64,000 nucleotides of DNA from Takakia lepidozioides. Lineage: Eukaryota; Plantae; Bryophyta. This document shows, in pieces, positions 62,591-64,000 of this stretch. The stretch spans positions 61,380,001-61,444,000 of the forward strand of contig CM060734.1 in assembly GCA_030704615.1 (NCBI GenBank), written 5' to 3'. Each line of letters begins with the position of its first letter. The stretch's first letter is position 1. Under the pieces are notes generated by a model. That model made no database searches. It worked only from the letters and a program-made list of their open reading frames with translations, and was not told the DNA's origin. The position numbers and the translations under genes are program-made.

Positions 62591-63343
62591 ATTACAATAT
62601 ATCAAGTCCAATCAATTTATTTATACACATATAGTAAACAATTATTGATGGTTTGTGTTTATTAATTTTGGTGATGCGACCTATTAAAACACCCGAGTAG
62701 GCTAACGGCATCTAGAGAGACGCACTAACCTTATCGCAAGACTTTAATCAGACCTTGGGTTTCACAAACTGAAAGTTAACTCTAGCTTTCAGAGCTTCCA
62801 TTCTCCTTCTATTTTCCGTCACGGTTTCTTCGTTCAGATTGAAGACGTTATGAAAAGTCACCGTTTCAAAATTCTTACTGCACATTAGGTTTATTATGCT
62901 GAAGAATTGGGTGAGGGATGATTTCTACATCAACTGAGCTGCTCCCTGTGCATTCTAGTAGTGGGATCCCTCTCCATCCCCATGCGGAGTTAAATTTAGA
63001 AATGAATGAGGTCCATTTGCCTTAAGCACATCTGCATATAGCTGAGCCCAGAACCCCCATGCTTTTGCACCCTCCACTACTAAAGCTGCATAGATGAATT
63101 GAAAGTTGATGCCAGAGAGGGAGCAGTTTCAAAGCACATCTGGGCTTCCCAACATATCATAGTGTCAATGTTCTAATGTTTACCCACATATATGGCCACT
63201 GTGCAAGGTTGAGCAAATGGGCAGTCATTAAACCAACCAAGATGACTTTCCAAGTATAAAAGGCACTGATTTTGGACCAAACAATGGAAGCAAAGCAGCA
63301 TTGGACCAAACATTGTTCAACTATTTCATCTGAACCAGTTTGC

Positions 63344-63667
63344 TTCTTCTCAGCGCCATAGCTGCTTGGGCTACATCTAATCTCTTTTCTCTTCATCTTT
63401 CAAGAAGGGTTGGCCAGTTTGGGCATAAGTCTGTCGGCCCCCTTTCCCATGGAGGTCTGAATAACACTCGAGCTCAGGAGCACAGGAAACGAAATGCCGG
63501 TGGCCAGGCCCGAGCCTCTGGATACCAGGGTCATTGCCCATGTGGATCTTGACTGTTTTTTTGTGCAATGTAGCTTCCTCCCCTTTTTCTCTGTTGTGTT
63601 GTCAGTCTCCCCTTTCATGTGAGCGGCAGGCATCCTTAGGCGTATCATACCTGTATGCTTTAGTTGC
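63344..63667 (+). pseudogene. Inverted partial duplicate of POLH 5'UTR, exon 1 and part of intron 1
   Basis: Reverse complement of ~56181-56567 with substitutions, an altered donor and a ~90-bp deletion; ATG copy at 63494. Confidence 0.92.
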
Positions 63668-63743
63668 CAATTGTGCCAGAACTAGTCCTCTGCTTGATTC
63701 ATGCCACACTCGTCTCACATGGTACTGGTGAACGGATGCTGCA

Positions 63744-64000
63744 ATGGCTTCCTCATCAACCAAAGCGAACCTGGGTCAAACATCCCTGATTGACGAACTG
63801 CGGCCCACTCTAAACGAACAGGAAAAGTCACAGACAGTTGCAGAAGGTGGCCCAGTCTATCCATTCAACCCTGCCCCGCATAACACCCAGATTTCAGAGG
63901 AGCCAGAATCAGGAAGGGCAAGAAAAGTGGACAGTGATACTGAACAAATCATGGCGAAGGGAATTGCGGCGGTGCTGGGTCCAGTGGTTCGAGATTTCGA
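63744..64000 (+). CDS. Snapin (BLOC-1/BORC subunit)-like ORF, truncated by window end
   Basis: Open frame MASSSTKANLG...IMAKGIAAVLGPVVRDF resembling the start of the conserved region of plant Snapin homologues; only a short conserved part is visible. Confidence 0.55.
   Translation, partial: MASSSTKANLGQTSLIDELRPTLNEQEKSQTVAEGGPVYPFNPAPHNTQISEEPESGRARKVDSDTEQIMAKGIAAVLGPVVRDF

Overview
Eukaryotic, intron-rich land-plant DNA (gene set and style suggest a non-seed plant such as a bryophyte; this is inference). Bases 1-22.2 kb are three nested DNA transposons. A decayed hAT element is interrupted by Mutator-like element A, whose transposase is in turn split by a complete 13.4-kb Mutator-like element B (3883-17294, 9-bp TSD GATGCGTCC, degenerate ends). 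A and B each carry a divergently oriented second gene. In B it can be spliced into an apparently intact ~1157-aa protein with a ParB/Srx-like DGNHR domain fused to a bacterial-type beta-class N6A/N4C DNA methyltransferase fold, whose catalytic motif is atypical (DIPD). Each element also holds its own palindromic repeats within that gene: about 29 x 116-bp hairpin units in B and 6 x 24-bp palindromes in A. This transposon-borne ParB-MTase plus palindrome array is the most interesting system in the window. The remainder is host gene space: SMG7 (-), KOBITO1/ELD1 (+), RPC4-like (-, with an antisense 18S rRNA fragment in its last exon), DNA polymerase eta (-), an uncharacterised gene head-to-head with it (+), an RPL28 remnant and the start of a Snapin-like ORF. 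Two hAT MITEs and several 5'-truncated LINEs are interspersed. All gene models were spliced by eye.
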